DNA of 64,000 nucleotides from Dendrobates tinctorius (GCF_039654945.1 NW_027361697.1:55366001-55430000); one strand, 5' to 3'. Numbered from the stretch's first letter, positions 23,822 through 38,807 are shown. Made by a program: numbers and translations. Notes: generated from the letters alone by a model not told the origin.

Positions 23822-24405
23822 TAAGCTATAAGTCTGATCAGATTGGTGCTGGTTTAATGGCTGGCATCAAAGCAGATCAGCCGCTAGCGAGGGCTGCCAT
23901 GTACACGACAGGCGAGCATGTATGTGTTCTCAAATGGGAGGGAATTATGCCACTGCCAGATACATCTTTCCTCTGACATTTGCCATGGTGATGAGTAGTG
24001 GGAAAACCATTGTTGTTTTGTCCCAGCAATGTCTAAGGCCGGTTTCACATTTGCGTTAAAGGCCGCAGCGTCGGCCCCGCCCCCTGCCACGCCTCCGCCG
24101 GTAGCTCCGCCTCCGGGCGCATGACGCTGCATGCGTCCCCTCTCTTTATCACTGAGGACGCAGGCCGTGCGCAGTATGTGTTTTGGCGGCGCCTGCGTCC
24201 TTTTGACGGTGCGCCGATCAGCGCCAAACGCAACCTGTTGCAATTTGGTTACGCTCGTGAGATAACGTCACGCTCGCGAGAGCGCGACGTCATCGCAGTC
24301 ATTCGCGCAAAGCATTACTGGAACCGGAAGATGCCAGGAGCGCCGCAGAGCAGATCGGGGGCCGTCGCAGCGGAATATCGCCGCGAAAACATGAAAAAAA
24401 TGCAA

Positions 24406-25084
24406 TGTGTGAATGCAGGTGGGGAAGGGGGGCCTCAAACTGTCCCTAGAACTGGAACCCTGACTATCACTGTCCCAAGGGTACTCTTGATGGTAGAGCG
24501 GCCTGAGCCTCCAACCTTACTATGCTCCTGTTAATCCCTGATCTGTCTCTTCCCCCATGGAGCCTGGGAAAGAAATGTAATGTGAACAAGACACAAAAGA
24601 CAAAACTGGTATCAACCCTCTATCATACAAAAGCACCAACCAACAATAGGAAGGAGGATAGGGACAGGACATAAAACTACATGGGAACAGGGACCAGGAG
24701 ATAAATACACAAATACTACAGAACATGACCACAATAACTTCTCTCCAAACACTTAAGCACACAGCACAGGTAGACAAATCTCCAATAGCAACAACGAACT
24801 TCTATTCAGCACAGCGTCTCCTAAGAGCAAGCAAGCAAAGCTTTCACTGGCAAGACAGAGAGGTATGGCCAGGTTTTATAGGAAGAGGCAACAACCCAAC
24901 CAGAAGCAGCTGAAAATGGAGCTGCACGTTTCTGACCAGCATAGAAATGGTCATTAACCTCTTCAGCACCAAAGGAAACCAAATTAATTTAATATAGGAC
25001 CCAAAAACTCAAGTTAAATGGAAGATATGCAACTCACAATATGCAATGATCTTCTACCCCCAGATCTCCCAGAAGGACGTGACA
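24406..25084 (-). mobile_element. Probable solo LTR fragment
   Basis: TG...CA-like ends (minus strand begins TGTCACG), TATAAAA on the minus strand near 24875; no TSD found. Confidence 0.4.
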
Positions 25085-27936
25085 CACTAGTGATTGATGG
25101 GGGGCTCCAAGGACTGGACTTGGGAAATGCTGATCTAAAGAATCAAGTGAATATGCGGATGCACACTGCCTGCAATACAAACACAATGTTACAGCTGAGC
25201 TCTCAATGCAGCCAAATAATTTTATGTTGGATCGTTCCTACAAACGTTCCAAATTGAAACATCCCAGAATGACCTGAGATTACAGATTTGAAGATTTTTT
25301 CCAACCTATGATGTGCTATTACTGGAGAGGCTGTTGGTGCATATAGCAGGTTCAGTAGATGAGCCTGCTGAAATGGTAGATATCGGTTGTGTAATAAAGT
25401 AAACTCCTGTCTCTAACAGCAGCGATAGAAGCTTGCTCTGATTGCTGCACTTTATCTACTTAAATGCTCCTGTCAAATCTCTAACAACAGTTACTAGTTT
25501 TTTTGTTTGTTTTTTTAAAGAATTTTGTCCTAAATAAAAGCTAGGAAACTTTGCAAATCACTTTATTAGGAGATTTGTCTTCCTGTAAAATAAATGCATG
25601 TATATAGCTTCCAAACCCCTGCTTTTCCCCAGTCTATTTGCCTGCTTTTAGCTCCATTGCTATAAGAACACATTTGGAGTACAGATGATTGCAGTGAAAG
25701 GGTCAGCAACTGTGTCTCACTATTTCTGGGGATAAGCTGCTGCAGAGGTAAAGGTAATTCTGAGAACACTCATGAGGAGACAAGTGCTGAACCTTTCACT
25801 GTCATCATCTGTACTCAAAGTGAGTACATTTTGATAGCATGCAGCTAATTGCAGGCACATAGACTGGGGAAAAGCAGAGGTTTGGAAGCCACATTCAATT
25901 TTTTTTTTACAGGACTAACGACAAATAAAGGGATCTGAACAATTTAATATCTTTTCGTGTTGGGCAAAACTATTTAAAAAATAATATGAAAGTTTAGCTA
26001 TTCTTAAGTAGCGCAATCCTGATGGGGTGTCAGTTCGGGTGCCCATTGGCCCCCTCCCACCATGATGTAACTGAGGGTTGTGATACCAGCCGAGAACCTG
26101 CTGAAGCCACTGTTGGTGCCAGGCTGGGTTTCATAAGAGACCATGATTTATCTATATACTGCTAAACTGAATTATTGCTGTATACAGGACAAGTGATCTA
26201 ATGGTTATAGTGTAAAGTCCCCTACAAATAAAACAAAGTGGAATGAAAAAAAAAAAAAGTAAAATCAAATAAATACCGTAAGTAAAATAGGCCATTACCA
26301 GTGGTATACATATAGTAAATTCGGGGAGGGGATGAGGCTAGCATTCACACCTGTGACCCTGGAGCCTGAAGGGGACAAAAGGCTCCTTCTGTGCATAAAA
26401 GACTACAATATGATAGCACACAGTCTGTTTAGGCCCGGTTGCAGATTTTATACTGGGGCCAAGGAGGTTTAGGTTCTGACTGTGACCACTACTGATAAAA
26501 CATAGATACATACACACCAGGCCACACTTAACCCCTGCTTTACAGTGAATGCCTATCAATATGGCATCGGCCTGATTTATAGTCTGCAGAGTTAAATACA
26601 GAGATCAAAGTAACAACCTCCTCATCCAGATGACAGGCCTCACCACTCCCTGCAGATATTGATCCTGCAGAGATCACACAAAACAACTCAGCATAACCTC
26701 CCGAGACATGGCAGAAAGCTTAGGGAGTCTAAAGCCAGTGTTACACAACACAATCACGGCCATTAATCGAGCAGCTACATGCAACTCGTCATTTATTGGC
26801 TAGCGTAAAACAGCCACAATTCTATGTGCACAGAACGACCATTAAGACGATTGTTCTGTGTTCACATAACATTATCTTGTCGGCAGCACTAATCCCATTA
26901 CATGATGTGCTGACGAGAACAATACTAAAAACCATCACGCCCGATGAACGAGCATTATGTGTGGTTGATCAGCTGTTCAGATGGGACTATAGTTTGGGGA
27001 CCAGCTTTTCTGTGAACGCTCATTCCCAGATTATTAGACCAGCTAAATGGGGGATTTTAAAAAATGCTCCATAGTAACAATTACTAAAACCACAGAAAAA
27101 AAATAACGATCAGGTCTGAAATGTCATAACTGTTAGACAATGGTCACATGTTCATTATTTGGTCAGTATTATACCTCAGTATTTGTAAGTCGAAACCAGG
27201 AGTGCTGACGTGTTTCTATTATTAAACTCTTCCTCTGAGTGTTCCTCTCCTGATTTTGGCTTACAAATACTGAGTGTGTGAACGTGGCCTTATTGCTATT
27301 TTGTCTCTCAGAAGCAGATTATATGTAACATGTCACTCCTACTGCCAGCACCAGCCTAAGAGGCCCTGCACAACGGTGTCATGGCTCCCATTCATAACCA
27401 CGCTATCCCAGCTATCAGAGCCAATTTTAACTCATAATGGAGTCTGTCAGCGTTCAGTATTTTTGACAGCAAGGAGTGCTGGAGCCATTTTTGTCAACCA
27501 AAGTAACGAGTCAGTGAACAGAAATGACAGAATCCAATGTGAGCCGAGCCTTCAAGGGATTTTCTGGGTTTATGACACTAACACTAAATTACTGTATATT
27601 AAAATCCAACTTTCAGATATTATCTGCTAAACCCACCAAGTGCAAATCCTGACTGTGTGAACAGATCTCACTTTCTAGGTGAATGGGATCTTTAAAATTC
27701 CAGTTTTAGGAAAAAAAAAAAAAAATGTGATTTACGACGTGTTTCTAATTATTGTGCAAACATTTTACAAATCTCAGCATTTCAACTGAATGTCAAAATC
27801 TGCATGAAACATATATACGGATATAATATTAAAAGGAACCTGACAGGCAGCATGTATCAGGCACTGGCTGTATGATTTCAACCATGTATGTTTGACTCGG
27901 AAATGTTGCAGCAATTCAGAGAAAAACTTACTTTGA

Positions 27937-28262
27937 GGGTGTGTGCACACGCTGCGGATCTGCAGCGGATTTGGCCCTGCGGATCCGCAGCAGTTTCTGC
28001 TGCGTTGTACAGTACCTTTATAGCCTATGGAAAATGAAAACCGCAGTGCAGACGCTGCGGAATTATCAGCGCGGATTTGCTGCGGTTTCCAAACCGCGCG
28101 GATTCCGCTGCGGTTTACCATCTGCTCCATTGTAGAGATGGAAAACCGCAGGGCAAACCCGCAGGCTAATCCGCAGATAAACCGCCGGTCTTCTGACCTG
28201 CGGATTTTACAAAATCCGCGCGGGCAAATCCGCAGAGCATTCCGCAGCATGTGCACACACCC
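27937..28262. mobile_element. PIF/Harbinger-type MITE
   Basis: GGGTGTGTGCACAC...GTGCACACACCC TIRs, 3-bp TSD TGA, internal GCGGATT/AATCCGC repeats. Confidence 0.8.
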
Positions 28263-28399
28263 TGAAAGTCACCATGGACTGATCTGCACAGGTGACTAGT
28301 CAGATAGGCAGGTCCCTGCTGCTTCTCCCCGCCACTGCCAATGACTAAGGGTATGTTTCCACTGTGAGGGAACACTGCGGATTGGACGCTGTCCAATCT

Positions 28400-28927
28400 C
28401 GGGGACCGGGCCCCGGCCTTGCGCTTAGAACTCCTAGGCAGGGTTCTTCCTCTAACCCACGTCCTCTGTTCCCTTTTTCTCCTACTTTCCGTACTTGTCT
28501 TTTCTTCTTATGGAAGATCAGGTTTCTGTTCAATGACTTTCTCCTTCTTTCCTTTCTTGTGCCAGCTGGCTCAGATCACTGAGGCAGCTGCAGCACTCCT
28601 TCCTCCATCCCTCTCTCAGGGATCCTCACTCCTCCCCGAGTGACTCTCTGACTAATTGCCCTGAAATCCTATCCCTTCCCGCTCTTTTATGTATTCTAAC
28701 TCAACCTGCCTCCCAGCACGTTTCGTGTTCCAAGCAGGGAGCCACCAAAGGTGCTCTGCTACACTCCAAGCAGGGAGCCACAATGTGGCTTTGCTGAACT
28801 ACCGTGTTGTGTGGGATGCGAGTGTTGGAGCGTGGTCAGGAGTTTCCACCTTACCTGGATGGTGGGGCACCACACCTCAGGAGGAGGTGCAGTACCTCTG
28901 TGGCGACTGAGCCTCAGGGGCGCCACA
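28400..28927 (-). mobile_element. Probable LTR fragment
   Basis: Minus strand begins TGTGGCGCCCC; other boundary unclear. Confidence 0.4.
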
Positions 28928-29765
28928 TATACATAACACATTCAGGCTAGAGGTGAATAGCCCAAAGAAATGAAGAGAACCACAGTTAAAAGTGTAAATT
29001 AATCTTTATTGAAATTAAAAATTTGTAAAAAAAAAAAATACAAGGTGCCTTGTATGAAGGACGCCACTGTGTCCTGACCCAAAGTTTAAATGCCGAGGTT
29101 ATAAGACAATAATGTAAGGTAACTCCCGATATACACTGTCATAGTAATGTCCTTCGAGCCTCTCGCACAGAGCGGATCAGAGCACAGCTGCAGAGGAGGC
29201 GGAGAAACTAATTTCTCCATCTCTTCCATTGTCGGAATATATCGCACAGCACTCGGATGATATTCGAGTGACGTGCACTGTGTCACTTGCACCCATAGAC
29301 TTATATGGCTGCGAGTGAGCCGAGACTCGCTGCCAATCGGCATGCGAGAGCAATCTAAGATATGATATGCTCCATAGATTAACACTGGCCCAGTGCTATG
29401 CGATGTTTTCTCGCATAGCACTCGTCCGTATTCTACGCTAGTGTGACCCCAGCCTTATGGTGCAATTTGTGCAGTGTATACTGACCAAGCTAGTTATGAT
29501 GTAAAAACCAGGCCAGCCTATACAATGAAGTAACTTCTAGCAAACAAGTTTAAGTAAAGGGCATCATCTGTTAAAATAGCCAGATACTACAGTTATTCCA
29601 CATGCACAAATAATCTCATGAATATGACTGTTAATAAAAGGAGACAGTCACATGAATCTACATAAAAAAAAAATTGAAGAGCCCAATAAACAACTTGCTA
29701 ATAAGGAATGTTATAAGGAGCCAGCCGTGGATAACGTCAGGACAGGTCACACAGGCATCCCCACA

Positions 29766-29802
29766 CCTCAACACGCATTTCGCCATAAGCTTCTTCCAGG
29801 GG
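29766..29802 (-). ncRNA. Degenerate minimal type I hammerhead motif
   Basis: CCC-CTGGAAGA-AGCTTATGGC-GAAA-TGCGTG-TT-GAGG; extra G in the core and CpG decay relative to the 43116 motif. Confidence 0.4.
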
Positions 29803-32254
29803 CCTTCCCTATACCTGCAGTCAGGGAGAGATCTATCATCCAGTGGAGCGGGCGGGGAGAATCCACTGTGGACTCGCCTTTTCAACAAGTCACCCTTGAG
29901 GATCTGTCCTCGGCAGCTTTTAATGTATGATTGTCTCTGAAATGCTCCAGCGTTTCAGAATCAAACATACCTGGTTGAGATTATACAGCTAGTGTCAGAT
30001 ACATGCCGCTCAGGTGGCATGTATAGGCTGTAAGGTTCCCTTTATTCACAGACATCAGTATCCAGTGAGCCTAGCCCAAAAAGTTATCTAAAATTGGTAC
30101 AAAATATTAAAGGAGGAAGGTCATCGGATTATTTTGAATGGCTGAATGTAGGAATTTCTGGGACATGTTTTGCAAATTATGGTGGCTATATGCATCATAA
30201 GAATGTCCAGCCCACCTCTAATTTGTATGGGGAACTCCCAACTTTTACGCAGATGGCAGATTTCATGGGGAAGAAGGATCAGGCACATGGATTTTAAAAT
30301 TCCTGATCCTTTTGTGGAGATCAGTTGATGACCAAGGTGTCAGGAAGGAGAGATGCTTCCTGCTCTGTCCCCATTAAAAACACAGATGTGAAAGTGTGCC
30401 CTATATACCCACCATGTCTTGTGCTTAGGACATCATTTTACTGGTATGTATGGGGGTGGTGTTTGACTAACTTGAAGTGAATCACCTGGGTTAAAAACGG
30501 CGCACATCCTCAGGACTGTGGACACTAAAAAAGGATGAAACTGGGGGCCTCTTGGACATTTAAACAGTTTAGTTAGTCGTAGGTTTCTGTTGGTTGGGCA
30601 CCCTGCAGTGAAGTTGTCAAACGTGAGGTAAATAGGCATGCTAGACTTTACAAAGGGTAATATGGATCTTATGAAGCACGCTAGGCTTAGTCTTTAGATT
30701 TGTTGGGCATTTGCCTCTAGTGTGAGCTATTCCTGAGAAAGTAGAGTTTATCAGTAGGACACAGGACCAAACCAGTCTAGGGAGAGAAGAGTCCTGCGAA
30801 ATGGGTAGCTATGTAGGAGAGAAACTTGCCTTAAGACCCCCACACAGATTAGATAGCTGTTGGGTGAAGAATCATTCAACCGACAGCCATCTCCCTCATA
30901 CACAATAATGCTCAGATCTGCCGAAAGTTCTCATGTTCTCGATGAGAGAAGCACTGTCAGTCTCCTCTGGGTTAACTCAACAACAAGATCAGCCATTGGC
31001 AATCTAACACGCCGCATTCTTCTCACCATCAGGCGGCAAGGAAGGCTTAGGAAGTCCTTCACACATTACACTGTCATCCGATCCTGCCAATATCATCAGC
31101 TTCAGACAACTTTCGACAAAGTGTATGTTGGCCTTAAGTTTGTCAGAAGAGAGTGAGAATGTACCTAAAAAGTTGAGGTCCAAATTGTTGTAAATGTGGC
31201 TTTGGTAGTTGAGGGAGAGGCTTGATGTGTAGTGGTAGCACAGTATTATCACAGCAAGTTACCCTATTGTTTCAGTGCAGAGGGGAAGCCCCAACAAGTT
31301 GACCCTAAAGTAGACTAATGTCGACTGAACCCGCTGATGTTGATGGGTTTAGCTGACTCTCTACTGTGTATGGGCATGCGAACCAACTGATTGTTCTCCT
31401 GGAGGTAAGCCGTCAGTATGAGAGAGTTAAATATGGGAGAGACAGCCAAGATGGCTGTCGGCTAAACGATCAGCCGAAGGATTGTTTGTACGACAACCAT
31501 CTATGGTTTATGGCTGGCTTTAGACTGTGAAACAAATGCTAGCACTTATGAGTAGTTGCCAAAATTTTCCTATCCATAGGATAGGTGATAAATGTCTGAT
31601 CACTGACAGCCTCACTGAAGGTAATCAAACAGATACTCTAAAATGGAGATCCAAAGGCCCTAGTTCCTTCTCAAGGTACAATCATGGAGGGGTCTGAACA
31701 GAGCATTTATGGGCAGCTTTATACTGGGACACAAGCGCAGCTAGCTTTATTGCTCATTCAGACGGGCATATATTCCATTTTTGTGAGCCAGAGACTCCAC
31801 ACAAACAGCACATGGACCCATTACAGCCCATGTGCACATGGCATGGGGAGGCGATCCATGAGGAAATCATAGCATTTTCCACAAGGCTCATTGGGAAGCT
31901 GCAGCTAGCATTATTTTGTTTTATACACCAGAATAGTTCATGCAATGGAAAAATGGCTCTGGCACCTGTCTGCAATGTGCACAAGCGCAAAGAGCTTTAC
32001 AAGGAGGAAGTTATGTCTGCAATTTATGGATGTGACTGGACTGCCTTTCATTAGGGTTGGCTCAACCCGGCCTCAGGCCTCATTCAGACGACAGTGATTT
32101 TTTTTTTAGATCCGAGTATTATCAGCGCTTGGCCTGTGTCTCAATTTTTACCATCAGCATTTCATCAGTGATTTTCTCATTTGAAAAATTAAAAAGGGAC
32201 TGTCAACACAGAATGACTGTTCAAACCAGGTACAGGAGCTCAGTGCTTCACGGC

Positions 32255-33442
32255 AGAAGTGGGCAGCAACTAACAGAATGGTTTTTAACAGGGAGAAATG
32301 CAAAGTACTACATCTGGGCAATAAAAATGAAAAAAGCATATACAGAATGGGAGGAATAGGGCTAAGTGACAGCACATGTGAAAAAGACTTGGGTATACTA
32401 ATAGATCACAGACTGAATATGAGTCAACAGTGTGATGCAGCAGCAAAAAAGGCAAATGCAATTCTAGGATGTATTAACAGAAGCATACAGTCTAGATCAC
32501 GTGAAGTCATTATTTCCCTCTACTCCTCTTTGGTCAGACCTCATCTGGAATATTGTGTCCAGTTTTGGGCACCACATTTTAAAAAAGACATCAACAAACT
32601 GGAGCAAGTTCAGAAAAGAGCGACCAGAATGGTGACCGGTCTGCAAACCTGTCTTATGAGGAAAGGTTGCAGGATTTGGGAATGTTTAGTTTGCAAAATA
32701 GAAGACTGAGAGGAGACTTAATAGCTGTCTACAAATATCTAAAGGGCTGTCACATTGTAGAAGGATCAACTTTATTCTCATTTGCACAAGGAAAGACTAG
32801 AAGCAATGGGATGAAACTGAATGGGAGGAGACACAGATTAGATATTAGAAAAAACTTTTTGACAGTTAAGGTACTGTCACACTTAGCGATGTACCAGCGA
32901 TCCCGACCAGCGATATGACGCGGTCAGGATCTCTGGTACATCGCTAAGTGGTCGCTAGTGAGCTGCCACACAGGCAGATCTCACCAGCGACATCGCTGGG
33001 GACGGGGGTCGCTACTTACCTGTCACACCAGGCGATCCTGCGTCCTCCCGCCCGGCTCCACGCGTCGCTCGTCTTCACAGCAGGAAGCGCCGCAGGAAGC
33101 TGACGACGAGAAACAGTCCAGCCTGTTCTCGCGCGATCAGCGATAACCAGCGGGGGAGTCGGTCGTAGGTAAGTATCAAACACAGCGATATCGCTAGCAA
33201 TATCGCTATAACGTCACAAGTTATAGCGATATTGCTAGCGATATCGCTTAGTGTGACATGCCCTTTAGAGTGATCAATGAGTGGAACAGGCTGCCACGAG
33301 AAGTGGTGAGTTCTCCTTCAATGGAAGTCTTCAAACAGAGGCTGGACAGACATCTGACTGGGATGATTTAGCGAATCCTGCTTTGAGCAGGGGGTTGGAC
33401 CAGATGGCCCAGGAGGTCCCTTCCAACTCTACGATTCTATGA
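32255..33442 (+). mobile_element. 5'-truncated CR1 LINE (copy B), near-identical to copy A, interrupted by a MITE
   Basis: FNREKCKVLHLG...RPHLEYCVQFW...RRLRGDLIAVYKYL; ATTCTATG tail. Confidence 0.93.
32869..33264. mobile_element. PIF/Harbinger-type MITE inside CR1 copy B
   Basis: AGGTACTGTCACACTTAGCGAT...ATCGCTTAGTGTGACATGCCCT termini, TTA duplication; CR1 frame resumes afterwards. Confidence 0.85.
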
Positions 33443-34141
33443 GTCAATCATTTATATACACCACCTGCTTGGTTCCATTGATCTCCTTTCTCTGGGTCTA
33501 TAAAGCCAAAAGTGTCAAAGAGGGGGGATGGAGATAGGGAGAAACCAAGCAGGTGGATATAAATGATTGGTCCCGCCATGAAGCACTGAGTGGCAGGACT
33601 TGGTTTGAACAGTCGCTCTGTGCTGACAGAGTGCCTTTAAACGACAAACCTCCTCCAATTTATTACAGTGTTAAGTATGGCCAGCACATGGATTGTACAC
33701 TGATGTCATCTGTGTACCGACAGTGATTTTCAGAGACAATTACACTAGTATGTGTATAGATTGTTCTATCCATGAAAACCAGATAGAAACACATACCCAT
33801 TATTGTTAAGGGGCTGTTCACATGTACCTGTTTTTTTATGCAGGCAGTTTGTCTGCAAAACAAATCAGAGACACGTCAGATTTTGATCCCTGTCATGGAA
33901 AGAACCTTACCCATACCTAGTGTTAGTTTAATGGTCCGTGAAAAACACAGATAAAAAAACATACGTGAAAAACAGTTGTCTACATTGTGCATTAGACAAG
34001 GACAACATCAGTGCCAACAACTAATGCATCTACTGTGTAGCACAGGGGGCCCCAACCTGCGGCTTGCGGGCCCGTGATGTGCGGCTCGCGGCTGTCTGCC
34101 AGCTTGGTGCATTAGCACCAGATGTTACAAACAGCTATTAA

Positions 34142-34691
34142 AGGGAATCTGTCACCCTATTTTTGCTCTATGAGCTGCGGCCTCCGCCATCAGGGGCTTA
34201 TCTACAGCATTCTGCAATGCTATAGATAAGCCCCAATGTAACCTGAAAGATAAGAAAAACAAGTTAGATTATACTCACCGGGGGGTGCCGCGGTCCAATC
34301 CGGCGCCTCCCATCTTCATACGATGACGTCCTCCTTCTTACTTCTGCTGCGGCTCCTGTGCAGGCGTACTTTATCTGCCCTGTTGAGGGCAGAGCAGAGT
34401 ACTGCAGTGGGCAGGCACCTCTCTGACCTTTCCTGATGCCTGCGCACTGCAGTACTTTACTCTGCCACGCAAGAGCCGAGGCAGAAGTAAGAAGGAGGAT
34501 GTCATTGCTAAAAGATGTGAGCCGCCGGACCGGACCGCGACACCCACCCCCCTGTGAGTATAGTCTAACTTGTTTTTCTTCTCTTTCAGGTTACATCGGG
34601 GGCTTATCTACAGCATTACAGAATGCTGTAGATGAGCCTCTGATGGCGGTGGCCGCAGCTCATACAGCAAACATGGGGTGACAGATTCCCT
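34142..34691. mobile_element. T2/Kolobok-type palindromic MITE
   Basis: TTAA|AGGGAATCTGTCACC...GGTGACAGATTCCCT|TTAG; long inverted arms. Confidence 0.85.
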
Positions 34692-36172
34692 TTAGTAGAT
34701 CTCTAGATGGTGACTTGAGTGTAGCTCTGCACAGAAGAGTAGATCTAAATTGGAGTAAGAGAGGAAACCCTGGAGTTTAACACACTGACGGTGTGATTTC
34801 AGTGGAAAAGCTTTGGGGGCTGTGGGTGTTACTACTGTTAGTGGGTCAGGAGCTGGATGTGGCTCGTGACCCTCTCTCAGAACTGAGTGTAGCTCTTAGG
34901 CCAGAGTCACACTACCGTACAATACTGCCGAGCGCTAGGAGTTAAAACATCACATAGCACTCGGCCCAACGATACTCTATGGGTACCTCAGATCTGCGAT
35001 TATTTTCTCATGACAAATCGGCATGCAAGAACAATTGCAGCTTGCTGCGAGTGGCACTGAGACTCGGTAGAGTCTCAGCTCACTCGAACCCATATAGGTC
35101 TATGGGTGTGAAAGACAATGCACAGCCCTCGGATATCATCCGAGTACGGTGCGATATACGCCGACACCGCAGGAGATGGAGAAATTAATTTCTCCGCAGC
35201 TCTGCTCCGATCCTCTCTGCACAAGAGGACCGGAGCACAGTAGAATGACACTCGGCTCCCGCTCGCAGAAGATTAGGAGCCGAGGGTCTTGCATCGGATG
35301 CCATACGCTAGTGTGACTCCAGCCTTAAAGTCAGAAAGGTTGGGGACCTATGCTGTAGCACAATCTTCTAATTGAAGTACATGCTGTACCTACACCATTC
35401 AGGTAACATTTAGGGATCATGCAGAAGATGTCCGTGCAACGCAGTCTGAGCACCGACTGCAATGCACAGACTTGCGCGGGACTCTGGACAGGAGGGTGAC
35501 CACTTTCTATGAGGTTGTCACACTTAAGCCAGGAGACCGGTCTGTGTATAGTGGTCTATGCTCGGACCGTGTTGCACGGACATCTGCATGAGCCCTTGGG
35601 TTAACTTAGCATGAACATATGAGAAAAATCATCCAATTTTCATCCATAACAATCGGATGATTTTTCATCTGTATTGTGATCCGTTTTTATACTTCAGCAG
35701 GGAATACCCATAGACCTGAACGGGCGGGTCTCATCCAACACACATAAAAGATTAGTGTATGCTGCAATTTTTGTCATGTGCACATTCTATCCATGAAACA
35801 ATGGCCATCTGAATACGGATACACACCGTCCCAAGTGCTGTCAGTTGTTTTTTTTTTCACAAACAGCACTCGGACCGAAATAGGTCTGTGTGAACACAGC
35901 CTTATGCTATGGAGTGTACAGCCCAGGCCCAGTTTTAGGGATTCGTACCCGAGCATTGATCATACAGATGGCAGTGCAGGAATATGGGCGGTGTATAGCC
36001 AGGACAGTGAATGCACCACAATTACTGACATCACCATATCATTACATGGCTCATACTAAACTAATATCGCTGGAATTACCTCCCACAAAGGTAACGCAGA
36101 TACTAAGGCAGGCAGCGTACACACTAGTGCTCCAGGAAGCTGGAACTCTATGGCCATACATGATAATCTCAC

Positions 36173-36355
36173 CTCCTCGGCGCCTGGCCCGACTGCCATG
36201 CCCATCGCCTTCAGGCCCTGCTGGAGCTCCAAGATGTCCACCTTGCCATCCTTATTGATATCCAGCTTATTGAAGAGCTCGGCATACTTAGCCGGGGAGT
36301 CTGATCCCTCGCAGACAGCTCTGCTCAGCACCGCTCGCCTGATGTACTCGTACAT
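36173..36355 (-). CDS. slc25a24: slc25a24 coding exon 1
   Basis: ATG at 36355; [61 protein letters not shown] (EF-hand [12 protein letters not shown]); GAG|GTGAGA donor at 36172-36171; 183 nt; closely resembles amphibian SCaMC-1 N-terminus. Confidence 0.95.
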
Positions 36356-38587
36356 TGCAGATGTGGAAGACTTGGAAAAAGAAGAGAATACAGAGTTACG
36401 AGAAGTGGGAAGGATTGGGACTGTAGAAAAGGAGCAAGACACTGCAGGCCAAAATAAGAAATGTAGAAAAGCAAGTCCTAGAGCAGTGACAGGACACCGC
36501 CCAGGCTAAGGGAGGACTGGGCCGCCTCTGGGAGGACCACATAGGGATTCCCTGCATGTAGGAGGAGGGACTGGGGGATCACTTTGTAGGTCTCCTCCCT
36601 GGCTGCCTTCTCTACACACAAACCTCTCCAGCCATTGATGTTAGCGCATAGACTGTGCAGAGTTTCCTCATTAACCCCTCCCTAACCAGAACTCTATGCT
36701 GAGCAAAGTATGCCAAGTAGGAACTGGGGGGTCCTTGTGTTACAGATGCATCTAGACCACACGGAACAATTCTGCAATTTTCTGACTGGTAATAGGCCAC
36801 ATAAAGAAGCATCAATAGGATGTGAGCAATTACTTACAGCAGTGGTTACTAATGCAAGCCCCTCCGTATTGCCATCCATGTGCCATCTGTCTTCATACAT
36901 CAGTAGATGATGTCTGTAAAGCGCCGTGGAACTAATGGCACAATATAAGTGAGGAAAGTCAATAAACCAGCAGTGAAGACGTTTACAAGACGAAAAACCA
37001 TTTCCTATGGGAATAACGGCAAAGTCCAGGCGTACCTGTAAGAATCAGAGGCTCCACAGTTGGTCCCTATGGGATCTGGTTTTTATTGCACCCAAAGACG
37101 CAAATGGGCAAGTGTCATTCAGTACGGAGGAGAATGGTGCACGCTGCGATTTAGGCCATGTGCACACGATGCAGATATTCAGCGGATCCGCAGCGGATTT
37201 TAACGCGCAGAAACGTTGCATATCCGCATTGTGATGTACAGTAGCATTTAAATCAATGAAAAAAAAAACGCTGTGCAGACGCTGCGGATTTTTCCACACG
37301 GTTTTCCTGCAGTACAAAATCCGCAGCATGTTACTTCTTTTGTGCGGTTTTCCACCTCCCCTGTCACCAAATCTGCAGGGGGAAAACCACAGTGGAAAAC
37401 CGCACAAACAGGTCATTTGACCTGCGGATTTCTTCAATTCTGCGCGGAAAAATTCGCAGGGCAAAAAAGTCTGTCTGCACTCAGCCTTATTGTTTCCCAC
37501 GGTCCGAATGCCGTCTGGATAGCCCCAATAAATAACATTGGTGCTGTGCGTGTGGGGAAAGCGCTGGGACTGAAAATACTGTCGTGTCACTGTAACCTAA
37601 GGCCGTGTTCACACTGATTTCTTTACACAGTTTGGGCTACGTTACCATGATGAGTATTTGGTGCATTTTTGATGTTGCAGATTTTCTTCACCTCCATAAA
37701 TTGTTACTTTTTTATTGCGCTTTTTCACACTGCAGTTTGTGTTTCTTGTTGGTGTGTCATGTTATAAATAAAGCTGCTCTGTTTTTGATACTTCCTGGTA
37801 TTTAGCTTTGACAAAACTTTATCGATACAGTCATTTGCAGATTACATGAGTGTTTAGTGCATTTTCACTGCAGAAATGCAGTAAAAACAGATGTGTTTTT
37901 TACCCGCGGATTCTCTGCATTTGGTGTAAATCTGCACATGAAACTCAGCATATCAGTTAGGCCATGTTCACACAATGAGTTTTTGGTGCGTTTTTGAAAC
38001 CTCATGTTTTTGCTGTGTCAAAAACACAGTGTCTTACAGTGCTAGCAAAGTGGATGGGATTTCTAGAGACCTCATGCCCCCTGTGCTTTTATTTTACTCA
38101 GCATAAACTGAGCTGCGGTGCGTGTTTCACATCCACAACATGTCAATTTCTCTTGAGTTTTCTGTGCAGAGTTTCCCTATAGACGTCACTTGCATTAGGT
38201 GCGGAAAATCCACAGGTAAAAAACCACACATGCGTTTTTAGAGCATTTCCACAACATAAATGTTTCAAAAACGCATCTAATCCGTGCCTAACCATAGCAA
38301 TAAAGCTTTGTGAAAGCAAAAAAAACAGTAAGTATAAAAAACAAGCAGCTTTATTTACATAAAAATGTGTGGTAAACACAAGTTAAAAAAACTGCACACA
38401 AAAACACAATGAAAAAACGCAAGAAACCTAATTTAAATAATAGGTGCAGAAATTCTGGAACATCAAAAACGCACCAGAAGGCTGATCATGGGAACGTAAC
38501 CTAAGAGACACGTTGTCGATGTGAAACACACACCACAGGTCAGTATACGCTGAGTAAAAAGAAATCCAGCGGGCATGAGATTTCTAT

Positions 38588-38807
38588 TAGTGCTGAGTGA
38601 ATGTGCTTGTATAAGATGTTATCTGAGCATGCTCGGGTGCTAACAGAATGACTTCGACGTGCTCGAATACTGTGTTCTAGTCCCCGCGCCTGCATGTGTT
38701 GTGGCTGTCTAACAACTGCGAGACATGCAGTATTCGAGCAGGCTGAAGATACTTGGTCAGCACCCGAGCGTTCTCTGATAACACCTGAGCACATTCGCTT
38801 ATCACTA
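38588..38807. mobile_element. hAT-type MITE
   Basis: TAGTGCTGAG...CTTATCACTA termini; exact 8-bp TSD ATTTCTAT. Confidence 0.85.
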
